From a bacterium (GTDB lineage Bacteria; Bacillota; Limnochordia; DTU080; RSA5), in contig PKEU01000123.1 in assembly GCA_002919195.1 (NCBI GenBank), positions 15,003-79,002 on the forward strand: 64,000 bases of DNA, written 5' to 3'. Both the position numbers and the translations under genes were made by a program. How positions within the stretch are numbered: the first letter of the stretch is position 1; each line of letters opens with the position of its first letter. This document shows, piece by piece, positions 11,507 through 20,523 of this stretch. The notes under the pieces are model-generated. The model worked only from the letters and a program-made list of their open reading frames with translations. It did no database searches and was not told where the DNA came from.

Positions 11507-13408
11507 ATGGCCGAGCGTTTTGACGTGATCGTCGTCGGCACGGGGCACGCGGGGTCGGAGGCGGCTCTTGCGGCGGCCAGAATGGGGATGAAGACCCTGG
11601 CGTTAACGTTGAGCCGCTACAATTTCGCGACGATGTCGTGCAACCCTTCCATCGGCGGTCCGGCCAAGGGCACGCTGGTCCGCGAGGTCGACGCCCTGGG
11701 CGGCGAGATGGGTCTCAACATCGACCAGACGGCGATCCAGGTGCGCATGCTCAACACCAGCAAGGGGCCGGCGGTGCAGGCCTTGCGCGCCCAGGCGGAT
11801 CGTTTCGCCTACAGCCGGCGGATGCGGTGGGTATTGGAGCACCAACCCAATTTGGAAGTGCGGCAAGCGGTGGTCTCGGACATCCTCGTCAGCGAGGGAC
11901 GGGTGCAGGGTGTCGTCACCGCGGCGGGCGAACGTTATCTCGCTCCGGCCGTCATCTTGACGACGGGCACCTACATGGGCTCCCGGGTCCATATCGGCGA
12001 GGTCAAATTCGAGTCGGGCCCGAGGGGCCAAAAGACCAGCGATCGCCTCTCTCGCTCGCTCCTCGACCATGGATTTTCGATCGTCCGCTTTAAGACGGGA
12101 ACGCCGCCGCGGGTGAAAAGATCCAGCATCGATTACTCCCGCCTCGAACCCCTCGCGGGCGATCCCAACCCTCCCGGCTTTTCCTTTATGACGGGCCGGA
12201 TCCAACGAGAGCAGGCGCTTTGCTGGATCACGTACACCAACCAGCGCACCCACGAGATTATCCATGCCAATCTCCACCGGGCGGCGATGTACAGCGGCGC
12301 GATCACGGGTCCGGGACCCCGTTACTGCCCGTCCATCGAGGCCAAGCTTAAGATGTTTCCCGACAAGGACCGGCACCAGGTGTTTATCGAGCCCGAAGGC
12401 TGGAACTCCCGGGAGATGTATCTGAGCGGCATTTCCACCAGCCTCCCTAAAGAGGTGCAGGAGGAGTTTTTGCGCACGATCCCGGGATTGGAAAACGCCG
12501 AGATCACGCGGTACGGGTACGCAATCGAGTACGACGCGCTTGTCCCCACGCAAATCCAGGCCTCGCTCATGACCAAAGAGGTCGAAGGTCTCTTTACCGC
12601 AGGCCAGATCAATGGGACCACCGGGTACGAGGAAGCGGCAGCGCAAGGGATCATCGCAGGCATCAACGCCGTCCGCTATGTCCGTGGCGAGGAGCCTTTG
12701 ATCCTCGACCGCTCGCAGGCGTATATCGGTGTGCTCATCGACGATTTGGTGACCAAGGGTACCCAAGAGCCCTACCGGATGATGACCAGCCGGGCGGAGT
12801 ACCGGTTGCTGCTCCGCCACGACAACGCGGACAAGCGGCTGACGCCGATCGGGCGTGCCGTGGGTTTGGTGGACGATAAGAGGTACCGGCTGTTTGAGGA
12901 GCGCTGGGCCAAGATCGAGGAAGTGCAAGAGCGTTTGCATGCGGTCCGCGTCGGAGCGACCCCCGAAGTGCAGGAAACGCTGGTGCGGCTCGGCACAGCT
13001 CCCCTTCGCCGTGGGCAGGGGCCTACCTTGGCAGAGCTCCTCAAGCGGCCCGAGATGACCTTTGAAAAGCTGGTGGAGCTCGACAGCCAGCTAGACGCCG
13101 TGCCTCCCGAGGTGCGGGAGCAAGTCGAGATCGAGGTGAAGTACGCGGGGTACATCGCCAAGCAAGAAGAGCAGGTCGAGCGTTTCCGCCGGCTCGAAGC
13201 GAAGCGGATTCCCGAAGGCACCGATTACTGGGCGATTCCCGGCCTGTCCAAGGAGGCGCAGGAGAAGTTGTCGACCATCCGGCCTCGTTCGATCGGGCAA
13301 GCGGCGCGGATCTCGGGTGTCTCCCCGGCCGATGTCTCGGTGCTCTTGGTCTACCTGCACGCTCGTGGAGGGAGGCCGCAGTCCAAGGCGGTCGGCGCCC
13401 ATGTCTGA
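11507..13408 (+). CDS. mnmG: tRNA uridine 5-carboxymethylaminomethyl modification enzyme MnmG (GidA)
   Basis: FAD-binding FDVIVVGTGHAGSEAA. About 630 aa, GidA family. AGGAGG lies 8 nt upstream of the ATG at 11507. Confidence 0.95.
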   Translation: MAERFDVIVVGTGHAGSEAALAAARMGMKTLALTLSRYNFATMSCNPSIGGPAKGTLVREVDALGGEMGLNIDQTAIQVRMLNTSKGPAVQALRAQADRFAYSRRMRWVLEHQPNLEVRQAVVSDILVSEGRVQGVVTAAGERYLAPAVILTTGTYMGSRVHIGEVKFESGPRGQKTSDRLSRSLLDHGFSIVRFKTGTPPRVKRSSIDYSRLEPLAGDPNPPGFSFMTGRIQREQALCWITYTNQRTHEIIHANLHRAAMYSGAITGPGPRYCPSIEAKLKMFPDKDRHQVFIEPEGWNSREMYLSGISTSLPKEVQEEFLRTIPGLENAEITRYGYAIEYDALVPTQIQASLMTKEVEGLFTAGQINGTTGYEEAAAQGIIAGINAVRYVRGEEPLILDRSQAYIGVLIDDLVTKGTQEPYRMMTSRAEYRLLLRHDNADKRLTPIGRAVGLVDDKRYRLFEERWAKIEEVQERLHAVRVGATPEVQETLVRLGTAPLRRGQGPTLAELLKRPEMTFEKLVELDSQLDAVPPEVREQVEIEVKYAGYIAKQEEQVERFRRLEAKRIPEGTDYWAIPGLSKEAQEKLSTIRPRSIGQAARISGVSPADVSVLLVYLHARGGRPQSKAVGAHV

Positions 13409-14168
13409 CGTTCCGGTGAGCGGCGCGGCCTTCCGGGAGACTTTTCTGCAGGCGTTGGATCAGGTGCTCGCGGCTCCCCTCTTTGCCCCGCTGCTCCCTT
13501 TCCTCACCCGAGAGAAAAGGGAGATGATTCTTAGCTTTATTGAACGCTTGGTCGAGGCAAATCGCTCGCTCAACCTCACGGCCATCACGGATCCCGCTGC
13601 GATCGCGGCCAAACACGTGGGCGACTCCCTCACCTGCTTGCTTGTGGGCGATTGGCCAGAAGGGGCGAGCGTCTGCGACATCGGCACCGGTGGCGGGTTT
13701 CCGGGTATGCTGCTTGCCATCGTGCGACCTGACCTGGATGTGTGCCTGGTGGATTCGGCCGGAAAGAAGGTCGAGTTTCTCGCAAGCGTGGCCCGGGAGC
13801 TTGCGACACCGGTGCGGACCGTGCATGGCCGGGCGGAAGAACTGGGCCGGCGGGGCGAGTTTCGCGAGCGTTACGATGTCGTTGTCGCGAGGGCCGTGGC
13901 GCGCCTTCCGGTGTTAGCTGAGCTCTGCTTGCCGCTTTTGAAACGTTCGGGGTGGTTCATCGCCATGAAGGGCCCCGCCGGAAGAGAAGAGCTGGCCGAG
14001 TCCGGACGCGCCCTGCGTGTGCTGGGGGGAGAAGCTCACGAGGTACGGGAAGTCGCGCTGCCTTTAGACGCCGGCCAGCGCACGTTGATCGCGATTCGAA
14101 AGGAAGGCAGCACTCCTCCCTCTTATCCACGCCGGCCGGGCATCCCCGCTAAGAAGCCCCTGCTCTAA
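13401..14168 (+). CDS. rsmG: 16S rRNA m7G527 methyltransferase RsmG (GidB)
   Basis: SAM-binding ...VCDIGTGGGFPGMLLAI.... The ATG at 13401 overlaps the mnmG stop (ATGTCTGA). Confidence 0.9.
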   Translation: MSDVPVSGAAFRETFLQALDQVLAAPLFAPLLPFLTREKREMILSFIERLVEANRSLNLTAITDPAAIAAKHVGDSLTCLLVGDWPEGASVCDIGTGGGFPGMLLAIVRPDLDVCLVDSAGKKVEFLASVARELATPVRTVHGRAEELGRRGEFRERYDVVVARAVARLPVLAELCLPLLKRSGWFIAMKGPAGREELAESGRALRVLGGEAHEVREVALPLDAGQRTLIAIRKEGSTPPSYPRRPGIPAKKPLL

Positions 14169-14312
14169 GCTTCCCTTCTTTACTGGTCCTGCCAGAGTTT
14201 TGACCAGCCTGTGATCCCGCGAGCGCTGTGGTACTGGCGATTTTGGAGGAATGGCAAGGCGCACTCTCGAAACCTGGCATCGTCTTGCGCGCATGAAAAG
14301 GGGTGTGAAGGG

Positions 14313-15188
14313 GTGCGCCTAGGGGACATCCTCCGAGCGAAAGCCAAGGGCGACAGCCCTCGCCTTCCCCCGACGGATGATCTGGGGTGGAAAGAGGAAG
14401 TCGTATCGCTTCCCGTCGGAGCGATTGAGCCCAATCCCTACCAGCCGCGACGAGAGTTCGGCGAAGAGCAGCTGCAGGAGTTGGCTGCGTCAATTCAACA
14501 ACATGGGATCCTCCATCCCGTGGTCGTGCGGCCGAAAGAATCGGGTTTTGAATTGGTGGTCGGCGAGCGGAGGCTTCGCGCGTGCCGTCTACTGGGATGG
14601 GAGCGCATCCCTGCCGTGATCCGGGAGCTCTCCGATACAGAAGTGGCTGAGATCGCTCTGATCGAAAACTTGCAGCGTGAAGGTCTCAGCTTTTTTGAGG
14701 AAGCCGAAGGATACAGGCGGCTGCTGGAGGAGTTTGGGCTGACGCAAGAAGAGCTGGCACGCCGACTGGGCAAGAGCCAGTCGGCGGTGGCCAATAAGTT
14801 GCGCTTGCTGCGGTTTGAGCAGCCCGTGCGCGAGGTTATTTCCCGGGAAATGCTGTCAGAGCGGCACGCCCGCGCGCTGCTGAGGTTGGAAAGAGCGGAA
14901 GATCAGCTCCGGGCGCTGGAAGTCATTGTGAAGAGGCAGCTCAATGTGCGAGAGACTGAAAAGCTCGTCGAAAGGATGTTGGCGGAAGGTCCGGAAGCTA
15001 AGGATCAACGGAAGCGTCCATCGATCCGGGGCGTCTATAAGGACTATCGGCTGCTCCGTAATAGTGTCAAGAAGCTGGTGGATCAAATGAATGCCGACGG
15101 TGTGATGGTCGAGTTCGAAGAAGTCGAAGAAGGAACTTTCGTTGAATTACGAATTCGTATTCACCACCAGGATAAAGGAGGCCGCTAG
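14313..15188 (+). CDS. noc: Nucleoid occlusion protein Noc (ParB family). The ORF begins at 14211; GTG at 14313 is a plausible start.
   Basis: Sequence resembles B. subtilis Noc (YyaA) as recalled, e.g. SERHARALLRLERAEDQLRALEVIVKRQLNVRETEKLVERML, in the ParB N-domain, HTH and C-terminus. Sits between rsmG and soj as in Bacillus. A perfect Noc-binding site lies inside the gene. Confidence 0.85.
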   Translation: MRLGDILRAKAKGDSPRLPPTDDLGWKEEVVSLPVGAIEPNPYQPRREFGEEQLQELAASIQQHGILHPVVVRPKESGFELVVGERRLRACRLLGWERIPAVIRELSDTEVAEIALIENLQREGLSFFEEAEGYRRLLEEFGLTQEELARRLGKSQSAVANKLRLLRFEQPVREVISREMLSERHARALLRLERAEDQLRALEVIVKRQLNVRETEKLVERMLAEGPEAKDQRKRPSIRGVYKDYRLLRNSVKKLVDQMNADGVMVEFEEVEEGTFVELRIRIHHQDKGGR

Positions 15189-15191
15189 GAC

Positions 15192-15956
15192 TTGGGACGC
15201 GTCATCGCGATCGTGAATCAAAAGGGTGGCGTGGGTAAGAGCACGACGGCGGTCAACCTGGGGGCCTATCTCGCGTGCGCCGGGAAGCGGGTGCTGGTGG
15301 TCGACATTGACCCGCAAGGCAATGCCACCAGCGGGCTGGGCGTGGAGAAGTCGGAAGTGGAGCATTGCATCTACTCGGTTTTGATCGGCGAACGCGAGAT
15401 CAAAGACGTGGTCCGGTCGACTGCGATCGAGGGTTTGGAGGTTGTGCCGGCGACGATCGCTCTTGCGGGCGCCGAGATCGAGCTGGTGCCGCAAATGTCC
15501 CGGGAGTTTCGCCTCAAGCGGTCTCTCGAACCGGTGGTCGACGACTACGACTTTATCTTGATTGACTCTCCCCCGTCCCTCGGCCTGTTGACGGTCAACG
15601 GGCTCACCGCGGCGCACGGGGTGCTGGTCCCGATCCAGAGCGAGTACTACGCCCTCGAAGGATTGAGCCAGCTGATGAACACCATTGAGATGGTGCGGAC
15701 CCACCTCAATCCCCGGCTGGAAGTCGATGGGGTGGTCATCACGATGTATGACGCCCGCACCAACCTGTCTCAAGCGGTGTTGGAGGATGTGAAATCCTTT
15801 TTCGAAGGCCGTATCCGGGTGTTTGAGACGGTGATTCCACGAAACATCCGGCTGAGTGAAGCGCCGAGTTTTGGCCTGCCCATCGTGCTCTACGATGACC
15901 GTTCCAAAGGAGCGCAAGCGTACCGGGCGCTGGCGGAGGAGGTGCTCGCAGGGTGA
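15192..15956 (+). CDS. soj: Chromosome partitioning ATPase ParA/Soj
   Basis: MGRVIAIVNQKGGVGKSTTAVNLGAYLA deviant Walker A. 254 aa. TTG start 10 nt downstream of AGGAGG. Confidence 0.93.
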   Translation: MGRVIAIVNQKGGVGKSTTAVNLGAYLACAGKRVLVVDIDPQGNATSGLGVEKSEVEHCIYSVLIGEREIKDVVRSTAIEGLEVVPATIALAGAEIELVPQMSREFRLKRSLEPVVDDYDFILIDSPPSLGLLTVNGLTAAHGVLVPIQSEYYALEGLSQLMNTIEMVRTHLNPRLEVDGVVITMYDARTNLSQAVLEDVKSFFEGRIRVFETVIPRNIRLSEAPSFGLPIVLYDDRSKGAQAYRALAEEVLAG

Positions 15957-16810
15957 GCCGGAAAGCTTTGGGCAGGGGTTTGCGCGCGTTGATCCCGGAG
16001 AGCGACGCGTTTGAGGGAGCCGCGGTCCGGGTGATTCCCATCGACCAGATCGACCGCAATCCAGAGCAGCCGCGCAAGCACTTCGATGAGGCACAGCTCG
16101 AGGAGCTGAAAGAGTCGATCTTGGCCCACGGCGTGCTGGAACCGATCATTGTGCGGCCGGTGGAGGGCCGCTATGAAATCGTGGTGGGTGAGCGTCGCTG
16201 GCGGGCGGCGAAGCTAGCGGGCTTGGACGCCATCCCGGCGGCGGTCCGCGAGATGTCGGATCGCGAGGCCATGGAGTTGGCGTTGGTGGAAAACCTCCAG
16301 CGCGAAGACCTCAACCCGATCGAAGAGGCCGAAGCCTACAAGCGGTTGATGGACGAGTTTGGGTTGACGCAAGAAGAAGTCGCGGATCGGGTGGGCAAAA
16401 AGCGTTCGACGGTAGCCAATCGGTTGAGGCTGCTCGAAATGGAGCCGGAGCTGAGGGCTGAGGTATCAGCCGGTCGGCTTTCGGCGGGCCATGCCAAGGC
16501 GCTGCTGGCGATCAGCTCCTCCCGCGAGCGGATGGAAGTCGCGCGCCGCGTGATTGAAGATGGTTGGTCAGTGCGAGCCGTCGAGGAGTATGCGCGCCGG
16601 GCGGGCCGAAAGCCCTCTGCTCCAAATCGCGCGGCAGCGCGGCGAGCGAAGGATCCGTTTCTGCAAGAAATTGAAGAGAGACTGCAGCAATGTTTGGGAA
16701 CAAAGGTGCGCATCGTGGGCCAAGGCCGACGGGGACGCATCGAGATCGACTACTACAGCGAAGAAGACATCGAACGGATCTTAGAAATCATCGTGGGAGA
16801 GCACACCTGA
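15953..16810 (+). CDS. spo0J: Chromosome partitioning protein ParB/Spo0J
   Basis: MSRKALGRGLRALIPE N-terminus, GERRWRAAKLAG box, HTH. 4-nt overlap with soj. Confidence 0.93.
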   Translation: MSRKALGRGLRALIPESDAFEGAAVRVIPIDQIDRNPEQPRKHFDEAQLEELKESILAHGVLEPIIVRPVEGRYEIVVGERRWRAAKLAGLDAIPAAVREMSDREAMELALVENLQREDLNPIEEAEAYKRLMDEFGLTQEEVADRVGKKRSTVANRLRLLEMEPELRAEVSAGRLSAGHAKALLAISSSRERMEVARRVIEDGWSVRAVEEYARRAGRKPSAPNRAAARRAKDPFLQEIEERLQQCLGTKVRIVGQGRRGRIEIDYYSEEDIERILEIIVGEHT

Positions 16811-16834
16811 CCGCCGCCGCATCGCCGAGCCCGG

Positions 16835-18073
16835 TTGTCGGTGGATGTGAGGGCGATGGGTTCGGGAGCGGACATCCGTGTGGAGCTTGGTAGTGGCGCT
16901 GCATGGCTGACGGAGGCGGCGAGACGCATGGAGAGGACTTTCGAGGATGTTTTAAGTATGCTCGGTCCCGGGCAGCGTGTGCGGCTCGAGACGGGCTCGA
17001 CGATTTATAGGGGCCCCTACGAGAGTCACATTCTCGAAGTAGACAGCGGCGGTGTGCGCATCGCCGCTCCGATGGACAATGGAAAACTGGTGCTGATCCC
17101 GGTCGGTACCACCGTGACGGTCACTGCAGATACACCGGTCGGGAGCGTCACCTTTGAAACGGCGATCGTGGACCGTACCGCGGGTCGAAATCGCTCTTTG
17201 CTCCTGGCTTCGCCCCCTGCCCCGGGCGCCGAGGAAGTCGCACCACCCCGGGATGTGCCGATCATCGCGGTGGGAAGCGGCAAGGGCGGCGTCGGCAAGA
17301 CGACTCTGGTGGTCAATTTGGGCATCGCGCTGTGCCGGCTGGGAAAGAGAGTGTGTGTGATCGACGGCGACCTTGGCACGGCCAACGTGGACGTCATCAT
17401 CAACGTGGGAAGCCGCTATAACCTCTCACACGTCGTGAGCGGCGAACGGCATATGTTGGAGGTGGTCGTCGAAGGTCCCGAGGGTCTGATCGTGCTTCCG
17501 GGCGGCTCAGGGTTGCAAGAACTGACCATGCTGGACGAGCGGAAGTTCTCCATGATCCTGAGCCAGTTCCGGGAGCTCGAAGAATACGCCGACATCATTT
17601 TGGTGGACACCGGCAGTGGACTCTCCCCCAGTGTGACAAACTTCCTCATGGCTGCGTCGCAGTCCATTCTCATCACCACCCCGGAGCCTCACGCAATTAC
17701 CGACTGCTACGCTCTGATCAAGGTGCTCGCGACCAAGGGATATACCGAACCGCTGCGATTGGTGGTTAACCGCGTCGAATCGGACGTTGAGGCGGCCGAC
17801 ATCAGTCGCAAGATGACCTTCGCGAGCCGGCGATTTCTCAATACCCAGCTGGACGTGCTGGGATCGATCGCCGAAGATCCCGCGGTCGCCCGGTCGATTC
17901 GACGTCAGGAACCGCTGATGCTGAGTGAACCCCGCTCCCGGGCGGCTGCGCAGGTGCAGACGATCGCCCAGCGGTTGGTCGGAGGCGAGGAAGCGCCTCA
18001 TAAGGCCGGCGGCACCTTGGGCTTTTTCCAACGCGTGCGCCGGTTAATCCCCGGCTGGGAAGGGCGAGCATAA
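16835..18073 (+). CDS. MinD/ParA-family deviant-Walker-A ATPase with an about 140-aa N-terminal PilZ-reminiscent domain and a C-terminal amphipathic tail. Start is uncertain (TTG 16835, GTG 16841/16847, ATG 16856).
   Basis: Central AVGSGKGGVGKTTLVVNLGIAL...DGDLGTANVD is MinD/FlhG-type. N-terminus carries RRMER (RxxxR) and EVDSGGVRI motifs. C-terminal ...GTLGFFQRVRRLIPGW resembles the MinD membrane-targeting helix. Begins 25 nt after spo0J, probably in the same operon. Confidence 0.6.
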   Translation: MSVDVRAMGSGADIRVELGSGAAWLTEAARRMERTFEDVLSMLGPGQRVRLETGSTIYRGPYESHILEVDSGGVRIAAPMDNGKLVLIPVGTTVTVTADTPVGSVTFETAIVDRTAGRNRSLLLASPPAPGAEEVAPPRDVPIIAVGSGKGGVGKTTLVVNLGIALCRLGKRVCVIDGDLGTANVDVIINVGSRYNLSHVVSGERHMLEVVVEGPEGLIVLPGGSGLQELTMLDERKFSMILSQFRELEEYADIILVDTGSGLSPSVTNFLMAASQSILITTPEPHAITDCYALIKVLATKGYTEPLRLVVNRVESDVEAADISRKMTFASRRFLNTQLDVLGSIAEDPAVARSIRRQEPLMLSEPRSRAAAQVQTIAQRLVGGEEAPHKAGGTLGFFQRVRRLIPGWEGRA

Positions 18074-18143
18074 CAGCTCCGAAGGCGTCTGACGACCACG
18101 AGGGCGCGCAGGTTTAGAGATATTCGGTGCAGCGCATGCGATG

Positions 18144-18159
18144 TGTTCCACGTGGAACA
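18144..18159. other. parS site 1: TGTTCCACGTGGAACA, a perfect 16-bp palindrome
   Basis: One mismatch from the B. subtilis parS TGTTCCACGTGAAACA (position 12, A to G), which makes this the fully symmetrised version. Identical 16-mer recurs at 18670 and 19841. Confidence 0.8.
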
Positions 18160-18669
18160 AGGAATCGGCGATCACGGTGTGACCATGAATCTCCCCACCG
18201 CTGTCCCCTTCTCGCGTTGTATCCGCAATCCCCCTTCCCCAGCGTGCTGCAGTGAGGGCGAAGATGGCTCATTACGAGTTCCCAACAAGCCGCGAGCGAC
18301 AAGGGAGCGATCAGCGGATTCAGGGGGCGGGGTTCAAAAGCGGTGCAGGCTTGAAGTGGTCAGGATGACGATGAGATGACGCCGTGGGCGCGCCGGCCTG
18401 AGTGTGTTCGGTACCGGTGAGACGCTGTGCGGGAAAGCGCCCGCTGGGGACGGCATGCGCGCTGTGCGCTCCCCCGATAGCACGGCGGCGGAATTTGGCC
18501 GGAAAGGATCGAGTCGCGAGCTACGGGGTTTTGGACAGTGGCTTCGCGCAGGACCTTACGAAGCCAATGCCCGTCTTACGAGCGGGAGCCGAAGGGATTG
18601 GCACGTGAGTGAGCGAGAACCCGACGGTCAACGGCCGGGGACCCTACGGCATGTGAGACTCCGCCCCAC

Positions 18670-18685
18670 TGTTCCACGTGGAACA
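18670..18685. other. parS site 2: TGTTCCACGTGGAACA
   Basis: Identical 16-mer, 526 bp after site 1, in the gene-free stretch. Confidence 0.8.
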
Positions 18686-19840
18686 ACGGCCGAGACGATA
18701 GACCGTCTCCTCCAGAGGATCCTGCCGGTGGAGAGACGATGTGGCCTTCCCCAACGGACGGGCCGCGCACGCAACAAGGATTGCAAACCGCCGAGGGCGA
18801 CGTGCCGCCCGCGACCGAGCGCCTGTGCCACGGTGCTGATGGGTACACCTTTTCACTCCTCGACGGATGACGAGGCTTCGACATACCGGGTGGTCTTTCG
18901 CCTTCTATTCCATGAGGGGTGACAGCGTCGAGGCGCTGGACGGCTCAACCCCCCTGTCCCGCTCGCATCCTGGAGGAAGTTCCTACAGCCCACTGGCCGA
19001 AAATTCCGGGCAACGCGCCGGGCGGCAGGCCTGCGCGGTTGTGAGCCGATATGTGGGGGCGCGACCGAACGTGTCGCACACGAGCGCACCTCGGTCGGCT
19101 CCACACTCTTGGAAGCTCCACCTCGAACTGAGAGAGACACCTTTACAATGTCGCCTCCTTATACCCTCCTGTTCCACTCAAGTGCCGAGGACCTTGGGAT
19201 GGTGTACTTGATGGTCTCGGTCGCCCTCGCAGGGTGATCGGCGATCTCGACGTGCGTCGGACACATCCGACACGCCGGGCGTCCCCGCTGGCTCCGCAGC
19301 GGCCGGTTGCGGGTCCACGCTGGCTCCTCACGTGCACGGCGGGTACTTCGTCACCGGCTTCCGATCGCGATGCTAGCGGGTACGTTTGCGAGCGCGTTTG
19401 CAATGCCGCGTGCGTGCCCACATGCGAAATCACTTACGATTGTGACTGTCCTTCCCCGTACGATGGGGAATGCGTTTAGGCTTCTGATCATGCCATCGTA
19501 GTCGCAAGTGTATCAAATTCCCTCTTCGCCATTCCTTGGAACAGCGCATGAGAAAGGGCCTTCGAGCGCTCCTTGCGACGCAATGAGACCTAGAGGCCAC
19601 CTCACTGGCAAGGTTTCGGACTGCCTGCACGCCCGATGCATCTAGTCTCCAAATGTTCCGAGCGAAAAGCGGTTGCAGACGGGTGTCGAGATGCGCCGGC
19701 GTCCTGACTAGCCGCCTTCCATTGCCTCGATACAAGGGAAGACGCTGCCGTGCACCATACAGCACTGCTCGTCCCTCGATCATCGTCCTACGTGCGCCTC
19801 AGGCCAACAACTCGGCCCGGCTGCAAGGGGATCCTTCCAG

Positions 19841-19856
19841 TGTTCCACGTGGAACA
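19841..19856. other. parS site 3: TGTTCCACGTGGAACA
   Basis: Identical 16-mer, 1171 bp after site 2. Confidence 0.8.
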
Positions 19857-20523
19857 TGAAGCATCGTCCCAAGCGCGAAGAAAGCGTTGTCTGGCACAAC
19901 CGGAAAAAGCACAAAGACGCCAAGCTCCGGACGGCTAAGCCCGAGGCGAAATATCGAAGCACAGTGGCTCCCACTATAGCGCAGGTTGATCGAGCGCGGG
20001 AGGTCCATGAGACGAAATAGCCTCTTAGTGTGACAGACGTGGGCTGTGGCGCAACAATCGGAGGGGGACGCGCGACCCATAGCTCGCACACGCACGAACC
20101 CAAGAGAGCTCCAATAGTTCGTGGTTCAAGAGAGCTCGGAGTTCAAACGCAGCTCGCGGTCTGATGCCCCCTTTTAGAAAGTGCGACGAATTGGATGGCT
20201 CCGTGGGGGGAAATTTATCACCTCAGGCTTCAATCAGCCCAGCCAGGCAACGAGACCACGGGCACACGTGCTATCTCGCCTCCTCACGGGAAGAAGCCCA
20301 GCGCGCGAGCGAGACGGTAAGCACCGTCAACTCGACCGACACGAAAGGACGAACACCCGTTCCCTCCGAGAGGGACGCAGTTTGGCCCCGTCCCATCAGT
20401 CCCGTCACTAAGAGGATCGCGCGAAAAATGACGAAGTTATTCAGGCGAGTCAAGAGGAGCCGGGGACTTTTGTGAAGGACCTTCGGCAAATCCATTTAAA
20501 GGACCACGAGTATTTCCCGGCAA

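Noticed and set aside
16835-18073. Calling the 412-aa protein FlhG (flagellar number regulator) or canonical MinD
   Set aside because: No flagellar or minC/minE genes are nearby. The N-terminal 140-aa extension is not a MinD or FlhG feature. The position inside the parAB operon argues for a different role, so I left it as an uncharacterised MinD/ParA-family member.
18404-18922. 172-aa ORF, and other 60-117 aa ORFs, inside the 2.45 kb gene-free region
   Set aside because: No RBS and no recognisable motifs. The codon usage is unlike neighbouring genes. Multiple mutually overlapping frames. The ORF 19780-20103 (-) begins inside parS site 3.
18144-19856. Possible CRISPR array suggested by the repeated 16-mer
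   Set aside because: Only three copies, at irregular spacing (526 and 1171 bp). The repeat is itself a perfect palindrome matching the parS consensus. No cas genes are present.
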